From: an uncultured archaeon
Lineage (GTDB): Archaea; Thermoproteota; Bathyarchaeia; Bathyarchaeales; Bathycorpusculaceae
Reading direction: 5' to 3'
Length of the DNA stretch: 64,000 nt
Assembly: GCA_963782915.1 (NCBI GenBank)
Contig: CAWALK010000018.1
Coordinates: 64,001-128,000, forward strand
Part shown: one piece after another, positions 1 to 11,202 of the stretch
Layout of the letters: each line of letters starts with the position of its first letter
Numbering within the stretch: the stretch's first letter is position 1
Made by a program: the position numbers and the translations under genes
Notes under the pieces: generated by a model
The model's input: the letters and a program-made list of their open reading frames with translations, nothing else
What the model was told of the DNA's origin: nothing
The model's database searches: none

Positions 1-145
1 CAAAGAGGCCAACTTCATCAACTGTTAATAAGCCCTGGAGAACCAAAGTGCCAAGAGCCATAATAACGGTTGATCCAACTACGCCTAGAAGTAGATGGAA
101 ACTTCCAGTAGCGGATGATTTACCCATCTCCAAAGCTTTACTCAT
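1..145 (-). CDS. Oligosaccharide flippase (Wzx/MATE-like), 5' part; runs off the window
   Basis: Hand translation from ATG 145: MSKALEMGKSSATGSFHLLLGVVGSTVIMALGTLVLQGLLTVDEVGLF, a typical Wzx N-terminus; not in the ORF track. Confidence 0.7.
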   Translation of the reverse strand, partial: MSKALEMGKSSATGSFHLLLGVVGSTVIMALGTLVLQGLLTVDEVGLF

Positions 146-168
146 TTAGCCACCAGTAAATGCTTGGT

Positions 169-1162
169 TTATAGAACCATACTGTTTTTATAAGCTTTGG
201 AAATCGCCTCCAAATCACGCAGCCCATCCAACCCAGTTGGTGAAGGAGCAACATCGTTTAGTAAGCAATTTGTAAAGTACTGTAACTCGTCAAAGTGCGG
301 TTGAGTAAAAGAAGTCATCCCTTTTCTGAGCATCTGATAGAGGTTCTTCATCGTCGGCGGGGGCATATGCTGAACCGAGGCACTACGCACAGTTCCCAAC
401 AGATCCAACTTGAGAAGATACTCCTGAGAATACCAACCCACATTTATAGCTGCTAAGGTGCCTGAACTGAAGCGGGCAAGGCACATGGCTGAATCCTCAA
501 AATCCATGTTGCAGCGGTGACCAAACTGCCCCTTAATATCAGTGATCTTCGCCGAAGAGCATGCGCATGAGATTGATGATGTGGCAGCCTAAATCGACGA
601 AGACTCCGCCGCCGGTTAATTGCGTGTTAAACCACCAGTCAGGAACAGGAGCAGGCGAGTGCCCATCGGCACGGTGAACAAAGGGACCTGCGCAGATGTA
701 GGTTGCATGAGCATTTTCTACGTCGCCCAGTAATCCATCGGCCATGTCCTGTTTGAGCTTGAGGAAATGTGGGTTGAACCGCATCGGATACCCCATCATC
801 AACTTAACCGAGTTCCGCTCTGCGGAGGAGATTACTTCTTTTGCGTCTTCAACGGTGACGGCGATGGGTTTCTCCAAAAAAATGTGCTTCCCAGCTTCAG
901 CGGCGTCCCTTGCGCATTTGAGGTGCAGATGAGTCGGCAACGCAACCAACACTGCATCCACTTCCGGATTCTTGAGCAGTTCCATGTAGTCAGTGTAAGT
1001 GTTCTTTACTCCAGCCTCTTTGGCATGTTCCAACGCTGGCTTCGCAGTATCCGCAACAGCCACCACTTGCGCGTCTGAGAGCATAAGCGCATGTTTAAGG
1101 TGCAACTGGCCGATGCCGCCTATACCGATTAAACCTAACTTTACAGTTTTCATTGCAGACAC
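169..1162 (-). CDS. Gfo/Idh/MocA oxidoreductase, split by a frameshift near 540
   Basis: GLIGIGGIG Rossmann motif, LEKP, GGGVFVDLGCH; ORFs 539-1162 and 169-507 are contiguous halves. Confidence 0.85.
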
Positions 1163-1164
1163 CT

Positions 1165-2069
1165 CTATTCCAGCCCCAACCGCTTACCCAACCCAACAAC
1201 ACGTAAAATCCGCTTCAACTGAGCCTTAACCTTCATTTTAGAGGTAACCTTCGGATACAGCGCTCGGAAATCTTCAAGCCGCTCGCCCCGGGCAACATAA
1301 GCTCTGCTGCCGACGCCTTCCCGCTCAGCCACCCCAAAATACGGAATTTTATCGGGGTTTAACCAAGCAATTTTGGCTGCGGCAACATCGATAGCGACGG
1401 GGTCAACACTTGCCATCACCAAACCCAGCTTCCGCGGCTGAACACCTGCGGCGATGTTGCTGTCGATTAAGCAGAGGTCAAAAGGCATAACTTTGTTCAA
1501 TGCAACGATAACGTTGCCTAGGTCAGGGTGGTACTTGAATTTCTTCTGGTATGGGTTGCAGCCGAAGATGTTTTTGAGTGCACAGGTGAGTTTGATGGGG
1601 TCTACGGTGTATTTTATGTGCGCTATGTTAATTCTGTAGGTCTGCGTCTGATGATGATTTTGGGAACAAGGAAGTTGTAGGTGCCGCCGTTGCAGGAGAC
1701 TTCTGTGTTGCTGCTTTGGTCCTCCGAGAGGTTAACGAGGCGCACATTTTTTTCTTGGGCGAGTTTTTCGTAGCCAAGCATGCGGAATGAGTATTTGCAG
1801 CGCATGGCCGAAGCGTCGGATTCAACGATGGCTATGTCTATGTCGGGGCTGGTTTGTTGGCGAATTAAATCGATTAATTCCCCGACAAACTGGGGCGTGG
1901 TAGTTTGGCCTGTGGTGCAATCCCAGTAATAGCACAGATTGGGTTTAATGACTACTTTTTTGATGTTTGGGTTAAATTTGTAATCGATTAAATTCAGCGA
2001 TTGGGTTATCGCTTGTTTATACTGGAAATCGGTGTCTTGTGGTATCTTGACAAAACTGACTAAACTCAT
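1165..2069 (-). CDS. DUF362 family protein, frameshifted near 1630
   Basis: VVIKPN, TT.P, and ASVDPVAID motifs; the middle part (KIKY..ITCALKNIFGC) is in another frame. Confidence 0.75.
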
Positions 2070-2135
2070 CTGGTAAAACTCCTAAAAACCGCTATCTGCT
2101 ACGAATTGGCGGCGCAAAACAACTGGTTGCTTACT

Positions 2136-2920
2136 CTACTGTTTGGTTAACGCTATATTAAAATGTCTAGATGCCACACCAGGCGAGTACCCAAAATGAG
2201 AAACCCTAAACCCAGCTTCATCAAGCACGCCCAGCAACTCTTTTTTGGTATAAACGTAGACATGATCGTTTACTATGGGCAAATCTTTGGATGGCAGGGG
2301 CAAATCGTTTAGGTTCTGATAGTACTTTGTCATCCGTCCCCATTGTGCCGCATCAGGTGTACTCAAATAGAATGTTCCATCGTCGGAGAGCAATCCACGG
2401 ATTTTTCTAAGAGTGGGTAGCGGATGGAAATTGAAGTGCTCCAAAACTTCAGTCAAGAGGATGACATCAAATTTTTTGTTCCAAGGAATATTTTCTAATT
2501 CGATATTATTTATTGCGAAATTAAAAGCGTTTTTCTTGGATAGCGTGAGTGGGCTTGCGTAGTCGGCGATGAAATCAGTGGCGTATACATCGCAATTGAG
2601 CAAGCGTTTGGTGTATAATCCGAGTGTGCCAAAGCCGCAGCCAATATCAAGACACGCCTCAACACTTGCGCCCTTGGTGTATCTTTTATTATCCAACTTG
2701 GAATATTTGACCAAAACAGAACCTCCATAGCCCGATATTCTTCCGCATAGTGGGGGTGGGGATTCATTTTGGCGATTTCGTCTTGACACTCTTTTACTCG
2801 GCGCATCCAAGAACTGCGCGAACGCCGTGACATGGTTATGCCACGCATTACTCGCCTGTACTTGAAGCGGCCGCCTTCCAGTGTTCTTCTAAACAATAGA
2901 AAACCTCCGTTTTCTCCCAA
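2136..2920 (-). CDS. Class I SAM-dependent methyltransferase, frameshifted near 2665
   Basis: LDIGCGFG, FDVILLTEVLEH, LSTP; N-terminus lies in ORF 2510-2920. Confidence 0.8.
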
Positions 2921-3040
2921 AAAACTCGATTTTTTTAGGGGTAAACTGCAAAAGCCATAAGCGCTTACCCGAGTCTCTATTTATTAGGTAACGCTTTCTC
3001 ACTTAAAAAATTAACTCTCGATACCCCTTCTTGGTTCAAC

Positions 3041-4000
3041 TCAGGCATGGACGGAAAAATTCGATAGAAACAGAAGCATCCGTTTGTAGTAACTCTCCAT
3101 TGTCCGACCAGCAAATCCTTCCCCATTCGTCAAAGCAAGAATAAAATAGAGCAGACTATGCGCACGAAACGGTTCAACACGAAGCGCCTTAAAATAGAAA
3201 TGTTTCGCTAAATCTTTCTCGCCAAGACCAGCATAAGCATGCCCCATCTTGTAGTAGATGTCAGCCATAGAGGCAGTGGAAATCTCGTTCTTGTAAGTTT
3301 GAAGAAGGGTATTGCGCAATGCTATGCGTTCCTTATACCATAATTCAGGGTTTTTTGAGGTAGTATTCTGTCCATGTACCCGATACTTCGCTAATGATTC
3401 GGGCATAAAGAGGAAATCATGTTTTCTTGCTAAGTCAATAAAGAACAGGTGATCGTTAACGTATCGGAATTCTTCGTTAAAGGCTATTTCTTGTGCATAT
3501 TCAGTTTTAAGCAGGGTGCTTTGTCCAAAAATGAAGTCCTCGGCCAATAACTCTTGGAAGAGGTTGCCGCTCTTTTTGGGGGGAGACCCCATTACTTGAG
3601 TCACTACCTGACCAGTTAAAGCTCCGTAGCTATCGATTATTTGTCCATCAGACCAGAGGATTTTGTCTTCATTGCATCTCATCAAATCGAGTTGGCGTTC
3701 CAGTTTATGCGGATACCAAACATCATCCGAGCCAATGAAGCTAAGGTATCGGCCTTTTGCTTCTTTTAAGCAGTCATTTGCGGTTCTGGCAATACCCATG
3801 TTTTTCTCATGGAAAAACGCCCGCACTCTTGGGTCCTTGGTTTGGTATTGCTCGATTATTTTTCTTGAATTATCAGTTGAGCCATCATCAACAATTACAA
3901 GTTCAAGATCCCGAAAAGTCTGGCCAAGTACACTTTCGATGGCTTCTGAAACATACCTCTCATGGTTATATGAACCCATGATAACAGTCACTAAAACCAT
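3041..4000 (-). CDS. GT2 glycosyltransferase with C-terminal TPR-like helix pair
   Basis: VIMGSYNHE, VDDGSTD, GSDD; YYKMGHAY..G..DLAK.FY.KAL..EP. Confidence 0.9.
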   Translation of the reverse strand: MVLVTVIMGSYNHERYVSEAIESVLGQTFRDLELVIVDDGSTDNSRKIIEQYQTKDPRVRAFFHEKNMGIARTANDCLKEAKGRYLSFIGSDDVWYPHKLERQLDLMRCNEDKILWSDGQIIDSYGALTGQVVTQVMGSPPKKSGNLFQELLAEDFIFGQSTLLKTEYAQEIAFNEEFRYVNDHLFFIDLARKHDFLFMPESLAKYRVHGQNTTSKNPELWYKERIALRNTLLQTYKNEISTASMADIYYKMGHAYAGLGEKDLAKHFYFKALRVEPFRAHSLLYFILALTNGEGFAGRTMESYYKRMLLFLSNFSVHA

Positions 4001-4076
4001 TGTTATACCGCCAAAAACTTCCCGAAAAATCCGATTACCTATGGCTATTACGCCATATTACATATTTGTTTAGAGT

Positions 4077-5054
4077 TTAAAGAACTATTTGGTAAGAGTC
4101 ATACACGACGGCGCTTGCGCTAAAGTCTTCTTTGCGCTTAATTAATCCCAAGTTTAGGATTTGCCCACGATTTTCGGTGGAGATTCCAAAATCAAAGTAT
4201 CGTTTGCCCTTATAGTATTCGTTGATCAGGTAGTCTTCGATTATGTCTTGTGCACCCAGCGTCCAGCCTTCCTTCGAATTGGCGGCATACTGCATATGAG
4301 CAACATTTTTGCTCTCATACATTATAATGCCAGCAAGCATCAAGTCATCTTTGAACGACCCAAACAATTTAATGTTAGCTGGAAACCTTCCCGCCAAGAG
4401 CTTCATTTCTTCGGCAGTATGCACAGGTTTTACTGCATGACGTTCGACTAGGGTTTCTTCTTCAATTCTCATGAAGGTCTCGAAATCCAAGCTTTCTTTT
4501 ACCTGCAGATTATTTCGTTTTGCTTTTCGGATGTTATCGTTTCGGCTACGGTCAAACTTTTTTGCCTCAGAAAGGGAGATACATGAGGAAACATTTCGGG
4601 CTACCAATTTAGCGTTATAGACGAACAATGCATAGAGGTCTTCGTCTGCGGGAACTGTCTGGTAAATGTATGGTATGGGTTTGTACACAATTTCCTTTAT
4701 GCCCTGTGCTCGACAGTGTTCGATGAGCATTTGGAACATGTTTAGCATTAGGGGAGTTTTCATTGTGTAATCTGAGATAAATGCGCCAAATGTTAAGCCG
4801 CCGTGACTGTACAAGTTGCCGCTTGAAATGTTAGCGGGCAACAAAGCGACCAACCGTCCCTTATTGAAGAATAGCAGGGAGTGGTCTGTGAAGCGGTCTG
4901 AATGGTATTCCATGTAGTCGCGGTAGAATAGAAATACGCCGTTCTTGGCGGTGGAAACAAAATTGTCCCATGTTGACTTGTATTCAGGCTTGTAAAGGCA
5001 AAAACTCATGGTATCATGGTTTTGGCGCTGAATAGGGCACTCTTGTGAAATCAT
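4077..5054 (-). CDS. GNAT/FemAB-like acyltransferase (sugar modification)
   Basis: FLFYRDYMEYH, SHGGLTFG, YFDFGIS; adjacent to fdtA and an acetyltransferase. Confidence 0.7.
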   Translation of the reverse strand: MISQECPIQRQNHDTMSFCLYKPEYKSTWDNFVSTAKNGVFLFYRDYMEYHSDRFTDHSLLFFNKGRLVALLPANISSGNLYSHGGLTFGAFISDYTMKTPLMLNMFQMLIEHCRAQGIKEIVYKPIPYIYQTVPADEDLYALFVYNAKLVARNVSSCISLSEAKKFDRSRNDNIRKAKRNNLQVKESLDFETFMRIEEETLVERHAVKPVHTAEEMKLLAGRFPANIKLFGSFKDDLMLAGIIMYESKNVAHMQYAANSKEGWTLGAQDIIEDYLINEYYKGKRYFDFGISTENRGQILNLGLIKRKEDFSASAVVYDSYQIVL

Positions 5055-5741
5055 ATTTTTTCTACACCTAAAATAAAGTTTTCAACGCCTTTGTTTGGCA
5101 ACGGTTTTGCGGGGTTACCAACGTAAACGTGACCTTCAGCGGTGTCTCGGACTACAACCGCACCTGCCCCAACAATACAGTCCCGTGCAATTTTGATGCA
5201 ATCCACAGTGCAACTGTTGACGCCCAAAAAACAGTTCTCGCCGACTTCGCAGAAACCAGAAACCGCAACATGAGAAGCCACAAAAACATTGTCCTTAACA
5301 GTGGATTGATGGGCGATTGAGCTTCCGCTCCAAATGATCACGTTGTCGCCGATTTTGGCGCTGCGTTGGATAGTTACGTTTTCTAGGATGAAGCAGTTTT
5401 CGCCGATTTCCACGTCTGGGACTAATGGTTGCTTGTGGGCTGATGTATGAGCAGAAATGGTATCCTTTGGCTTTGGCTAGATTGAAGAGGCGGGTTCTTA
5501 ATCGGTTAAATTGGGTATAAGATACTGCTACAAAAGCTGTAACTTTTTGTGGGTCAAAGATGTGCTCGAGTTCTTCAAAGGCAACTACAGGCAACCCCAG
5601 AAGCGTTCTATGCCGCATAAAGGCTTGCTCGGCGCTAAAACCAACTACCGTATACTTGTTGTCGCGTACGAAGTAGTCATGTGCCAATTCAGCTGTTTCG
5701 CCGTCACCGATGATTACCAGTTCCGGCTTATCGGAAGCCAT
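5051..5741 (-). CDS. NeuD/PglD-like sugar O-acetyltransferase (hexapeptide repeat), frameshifted near 5420
   Basis: LVIIGDGETAE N-domain plus LbH repeats and YVGNPAK. Confidence 0.8.
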
Positions 5742-6162
5742 TTCCAACCCACGTTTTGAAGGAATCGTAGTTTCTAATGTAATCTGACTCGTCATATACT
5801 TCGGAGACAAGTGAAAGCGCTACGGAGTTTGAGGAAAAGTTTTCGAGTTCCCTCCAAACTTTTGGGGGGATGTATAAGCCATAGTGGGGTCTGTTGAGGA
5901 AAAACTTGCGTCTTTGGACACCGTCGTCTAGGATTATGTCGAAGCTGCCGCTTAGGGCGATGACGAGTTGCTGCAGATTTTTGTGTGCATGTCCGCCGCG
6001 TGTGGCGCCGCTGGGTACATCATAGAGGTAATAGACACGTTTGATTTTGAAGGGTATTTGGCGGTTCTCTTCTATGAAGGAGAGGTTTCCTCTGTAATCG
6101 GTTACTTTTGGAAAATTGACTATTTTGCATTCGTCTAAAACACTACATTCTTGAGCTAACAA
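5728..6162 (-). CDS. fdtA: FdtA/QdtA (WxcM-like) sugar 3,4-ketoisomerase cupin
   Basis: D.RGNL, KRVYYLYDVP, RGGHAHK, YDESDYIRNY. Confidence 0.9.
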   Translation of the reverse strand: MLAQECSVLDECKIVNFPKVTDYRGNLSFIEENRQIPFKIKRVYYLYDVPSGATRGGHAHKNLQQLVIALSGSFDIILDDGVQRRKFFLNRPHYGLYIPPKVWRELENFSSNSVALSLVSEVYDESDYIRNYDSFKTWVGNGFR

Positions 6163-6280
6163 AAAAATCCTTCCAATTATTTAGCAAAAAAAGTACGAGT
6201 ATTACTACTCGAAATTTAGAGGGAGTTATCACTTAAAAAAGGGGAAAATGATAAAAAATTAAACTAAAATAGAAATCAAA

Positions 6281-6715
6281 ATTAAGCATTGCTGTAAAGG
6301 TTGCTGTCCAAGCTGGAATAACTCCAGCAGCGGCAGTGCTTGATACAGTTAGGACTACGTTAACAGTTGCATCAGAATTAGGCAGCTATAGGCGGTATTG
6401 TTGATAGAGTTATTGTGCCATAAGTCGATGATAGAGTAGAGGTTATGCCAGGTGTAATTTGAGCATTCACGTCATTGTGTATTGTGACTGATTTGGTGTA
6501 TGTTTGCCCTGGAGCCACATTGCCCCAATCAATTGTGATAGATTCGCCACTCATGTAAGTAGTTGCCATCATAGGTTACTGTAACTGCTCCCTGCTGGTG
6601 CAACGTTTCCTATGCCATGGAAAAGATAGACGTATATGATACTGCGGCAGAAATAACCATTATAGTCGAAAACGCTATAATGGTTGCTAATGATTAAGAG
6701 ACTTTTCTTTCTCGT
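6281..6715 (-). pseudogene. Small secreted hypothetical protein, multiply broken (real decay or sequence error)
   Basis: SD GGAGGTG (6727-6721), then ACG-RKKSLLII signal-like start; fragment IDWGNVAPGQTYTKSVTIHN; several indels. Confidence 0.45.
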
Positions 6716-6740
6716 TTTTTCACCTCCATATAAAAATAAT

Positions 6741-9700
6741 TTACTTTAAATTATTGCTACCTGTGAAAGGTAACTTGGATTTCTGAGGATATTCATGGTC
6801 AGGTTTGCTTTTCTCAGGCAAATTACCCGCCAAACCTCATATCAGCGCTCGAAACATCTGAAGCATTGGAACCAATGCCTCCGTCAACCTGACCCGAAAC
6901 GGGATCGGGCAGAACTGGAGCAACCGAATCATTGGCATCTGAGGAGACATCAACGGTTGAATTCTCAAAATTCAACTGAATAGGAAGCTTTTTCGTGAAG
7001 TACTCCATGGCCATGCTGCCAGCGCTGTATTCTGGGTATATTTTGGCGCCGTTTTGGTCGCCGCTATCTGTTTTTACGCTGTAGTACATTATGCCAGAGA
7101 CGAAGTTACTGGCAGAAGATGAACCCAAGTAGCCAGAGTAAACATTGAAACTTCGATAGAGGCTCCAGCTTTGTCCATTGTTAGTGCTTGTGTATATGCC
7201 TGCATTTCTGTTGCTTGCTTCGCCTGAGACGAAGCTCGCATAGATTTTTCCGTCGAGGCTATTTTGTCTAATCCAGAAACCGTAAGAATGGGAACCGGTA
7301 TCTAAAACGAGGTCATAGCTTGAGTCGTCGGTTGAGCGGTATATTTCCCGTTTATGTTTTGAGGAGTATCAGTGCCGAAGAGTCGTGCCCCAGGAACAGC
7401 TTCAATGGCCACTACTTGGGGCATATCGGAAAGTATTTCATTCCAACTGTTTAGGTTTCCACCATCAGTAGATCGGATAATATATGCAGTTTGCCAATCA
7501 CCATAGAGTGTCCCCTACTGATGCATAGATGTAACCGGTGGTTTTATCGACCGCTATATCATGGATATGCTTCCATATGGGTCATAGTAAACTTGATCCC
7601 AACTGGATCCATTGTTTATACTTCTGTAGATTCTTGCGTTGCCCGTTGTGGGACCTGTTGTGTAGACTCCTGCAAACAGGTTGCCGCTGGAATCTTCATC
7701 TATTGCCCAAATCGTGCAATCCTCAGGCAACGGCAAAACCTTTTCCCATGTTTGGCCCTCATTGAGGCTGCGCCAAAGTCCCAAATCGGTGGTTGCTGCG
7801 TCGGTGTAGGGAGAAGCAAAGACCTGGTCATACTTGTTAACGTAGATAGATGCGAGTTCAGATGCACCGTTGAAAGTTTTCAGTGACTGCCAATTTACGC
7901 CTTGATTTAGGCTTTTATAGAGTACTGAGCCGCTTCCGGCGTAGAGTGTACCGTCGCTTGCTATCCAACCAGCTTGGATTGCTTTGGATTGTTGTTTCTT
8001 GGTAGGTTGGTTCGCCGATTGTTGCTGTCATTGCCATATTTAGTGTGTAGATTACTGATCCGCTTGGGGTTGGCGTGGGGGTTGGGCTTGGTGTCGGCGT
8101 GGGAGAGGCTGTTGGTGTAGGGGTGGGTGTTGGTTCAACTTGGGTGTTATCAGTTACTGTCACGTCATCCACGTAAGCGATTAAGCCTGTGCTGACGCCC
8201 ATGTATGCGGCGTTAATGCCGACGTTAAAGTTATAATCAGATTTTGTCCAGGTTACGGATATGGATACTTTCGCTATGCCGTTAACGAAGAGATGTGCTT
8301 GAGAGTTTTCCTTGTCTAAAACCACTGTTATTCTGTAATCGGTTCCTATGGAGGGATTGCTGGGTATTGATTCAAAATGGTAGCTTCCGCTCGTCTGGTC
8401 CGACCAGTCCCCAGTAAAGGGCACCGTTTATATTTTTTATAACTCGGCATAAAGCACTTCTTGCGTATCTGCAGAGTAGAAACCGCCTAAAATGTACCCG
8501 TTCAGGGTCCCATGCAGGCAACATATTGACGTTCATGGTATAAGCTAAGACAAGTTTCTGTGAAATCGCCATATTCTGATAGACATATGAGGCTCCGTCT
8601 TGATTATTGACGGTGAATTTGGCGCTGTATGAACCGGTCACTGGATGCTCAGAATTGACTATCTTCGTTATGGTTCAAGTATCCGCCTTTTGCAGCCCAG
8701 AGGCTGAAATCTCCTGACTCGAATCCATCGCTAAAAAGAGTTGAGAGCTGGCGGCTGCTCTTCTGAAGGATAACTCAACTTGAAAGTTTGGGCTATACCA
8801 TCAGAATAGAACGCTGCACCCAAAGGATTTGACGTTAACATGTTAGTGTGATGCTGCGATTTGAGAATAGGGGTGGATTTTATTACATACCAGTTTATTC
8901 CGTCTTGGCTGGCTACTATCCTTGAGGTGCCATCAGAGAATTCTGCGGTGCTGCTAAAAACCATGGTATCGTTAACCCATACTCCAGATAATACGGGGAA
9001 GTTGCCGTCGGCTGGGAAAATCGTAAACGCGGTGGGGAGTAAAAAGCGAGTCTGAACCGTCATCGTATATGCGATCTATCCAGTTGCTGCGAGACGCCTG
9101 GTCTGTTCCCAAATATACGTAGTTGCCTTGGAATAATATTGGTAGATAGATTGTATCGCCATAATAGTCAATTGGGGGGGTTTTATCAATTATTACAGTC
9201 CAGGTTTCGCCAAGGTCTTTACTTCTAAACACGCGTTCGCATTCATCATTGTTAGCGTTTTGAGTCCATTCGCCGGTGGCTACGTAAAGGTAACCGTTTG
9301 CTGGGTTGAATTTGACATTGTGAAGATGAATAACGGCGAAGGTACGCAAAACAGTCCAGGAGGCGCCTCCGTCTGTGCTCTTAAGCACCGGCGGATTCGG
9401 TAGGCTACCACTGTATGTGGCTGCATAGAGGTTTCCAGCTGAATCTTCGGTTAAGCCGATGTAGAAACCATCATTTTGTGCGGCTCCACTATCTGATACT
9501 TCGGTGAAGGTAGCGCCAAAGTCGGTGCTGCGGTAGAGCCTGTTTGTACCGGGGATAGAAACAAAGATGCGGTCGTGTGAATCGATAAAGACTGTCCAAA
9601 CGTAGCCTGCTACAGTAGTGGCAGTGCTAGGTTGTGATGGAAAATTCTAAACCAATCTGAAACTTACGCCTCTATCATCACTGCGATAAAGGTTATAGCT

Positions 9701-9931
9701 CGTGTCTCCTGCAAAGAGTGTCCCGTTACCGGTAAATGCGGAACCGCACATTTGGCCCGGAAAACTCGGCAGAGGGGTTATTTGAATCTGGTCAGGGGTA
9801 TAGGCAGTGACTGATGAATTGAAGAAGAGCGTAGCGGATAAAAGAAAAATGATTGCGAACGTATAAAATGATTTTCGACCACGCAAAGAAGCAGAAAAAG
9901 TATTGGCAAACTTAAAACACATGAAAAACAA
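6741..9931 (-). CDS. Large secreted protein with two BNR/Asp-box beta-propeller regions, a ConA-like beta-sandwich and a PT linker; about 8 fragments
   Basis: Signal peptide; repeated S.D.G..W/F boxes (RSDDRGVSF, KSTDGGASW, RSKDLGETW, SQDGINW, RSLNEGQTW, RSINNGSSW); PTPTP linker; 3' end approximate. Confidence 0.7.
8062..8134 (-). repeat. Pro/Thr linker coding repeat
   Basis: EPTPTPTPTASPTPTPSPTPTPTPS. Confidence 0.8.
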
Positions 9932-10066
9932 CTCTTATGCAAGCGCTTGACCGCCTAAAAAGACAGCTCTTGCCTAAAGTTGCTTTCCTAAATCAGGTAT
10001 ATTTAGCTTACTGTTCTATAACATATCCCATATTTGTTATATATAAGCGCCAATTTTTTCCAGACA

Positions 10067-11177
10067 TTAGTGCTTTAGAAACGTTTTTTCGTATTGTTCT
10101 ACAGCAGAGGCGAACGATTCTGTATTTTGTTTAGAAGGAACTAGATAGTATGCTGTGGGCAGTTTGACTTTAACAAAATTTTCCTTCAACGCTTCAGGGG
10201 TAATCTTTGTTTTAGTCCAGTGACTGAGTCTATTCCGCCAAAGAAAGCGTAAGTTTCGAAGACTCCAAGCCAACGCAGCCAAGTTTCCCTGGACAACGGC
10301 AAAGTTTTTGCTTCCTAAACAAAAAATTGAGGTAGTTAAAATGTGGGTGATGTGAACCAGCGTAGCTTTTGCCAATTCAGTTTTGCTGCGGTAAATGTCG
10401 AATAGCAAAATAAATTTTGATTTTGTTAGGTGAAAAGTTGTGGATTTAATTGTCCAGCTGTTTGTGGCTCCGCCGAAATGTCGAATTCTTGAAGCTGAAA
10501 CCGTTACTACCCTTTTTTGTTGAAGCCTTGTTTTGAGTGAGAGCAACGTGTCATCGTAGAAGAACGGAATTTTAGCGTCAAACAGACCCAGCTCTTGGGC
10601 TATTTCTCGCCTGACTATCATGGATGCTCCAGAAGCAAACGATATTTCAAAAACAGGCTGGAGTGGAGTATTGTAGGGTTTGTTTGCGCACAGGGGGAAC
10701 TTGTGTATCAAAAAGTTGCTGAAGAGCCAGCCTGCTGTTTGGATTGTTTTGCCGTCTATGTTTAGGATTAGGCTTTGTGCTAAACCGATGGTTGAGTCAT
10801 TCTCCAAGGCATCGACTAAGATTGGTTAGCCAGTCGGGGGCAACGGTTGTGTCGTTGTTTAAAAAAACTATGTATTCGCCTTTGGAGTGTTGGAAGCCGA
10901 TGTTGTTGCCGCCGCTAAACCCCAAGTTTTCTTGGTTTTGTATGATCCGAAGCCTTGGATCAGAGCCATAATTCACTTTGGCGTTTTCGATGCTGCGGTC
11001 TGTTGAGGCATTATCAACCAATACAACTTCAAAGTTGGGATAATAATTCTCGAGGACTGTGTTGAGACAGTTTGAGAGGTAACCTTGGCCGTTAAAGTTC
11101 AATATTATGACTGAAACAAGCGGGTTAGCCTTTGACAAAAAGAGTTTAGCACTCCAAATACACCAAAACTTAACCAT
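10067..11177 (-). CDS. GT2 glycosyltransferase (rhamnosyltransferase-like), frameshifted near 10810
   Basis: VIILNFNG, VDNASTD, NLGFSGGNN, FLNNDT, FASGASM. Confidence 0.85.
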
Positions 11178-11202
11178 TAATTAACATGAGTGAAGGTTAG
11201 AT

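Noticed and set aside
2958-9949. Palindromes TAAGCGCTTA (2958-2967) and CAAGCGCTTG (9940-9949) upstream of genes; TAAGCGT twice near 31686
   Set aside because: Too short and too few to separate from chance without a genome-wide test.
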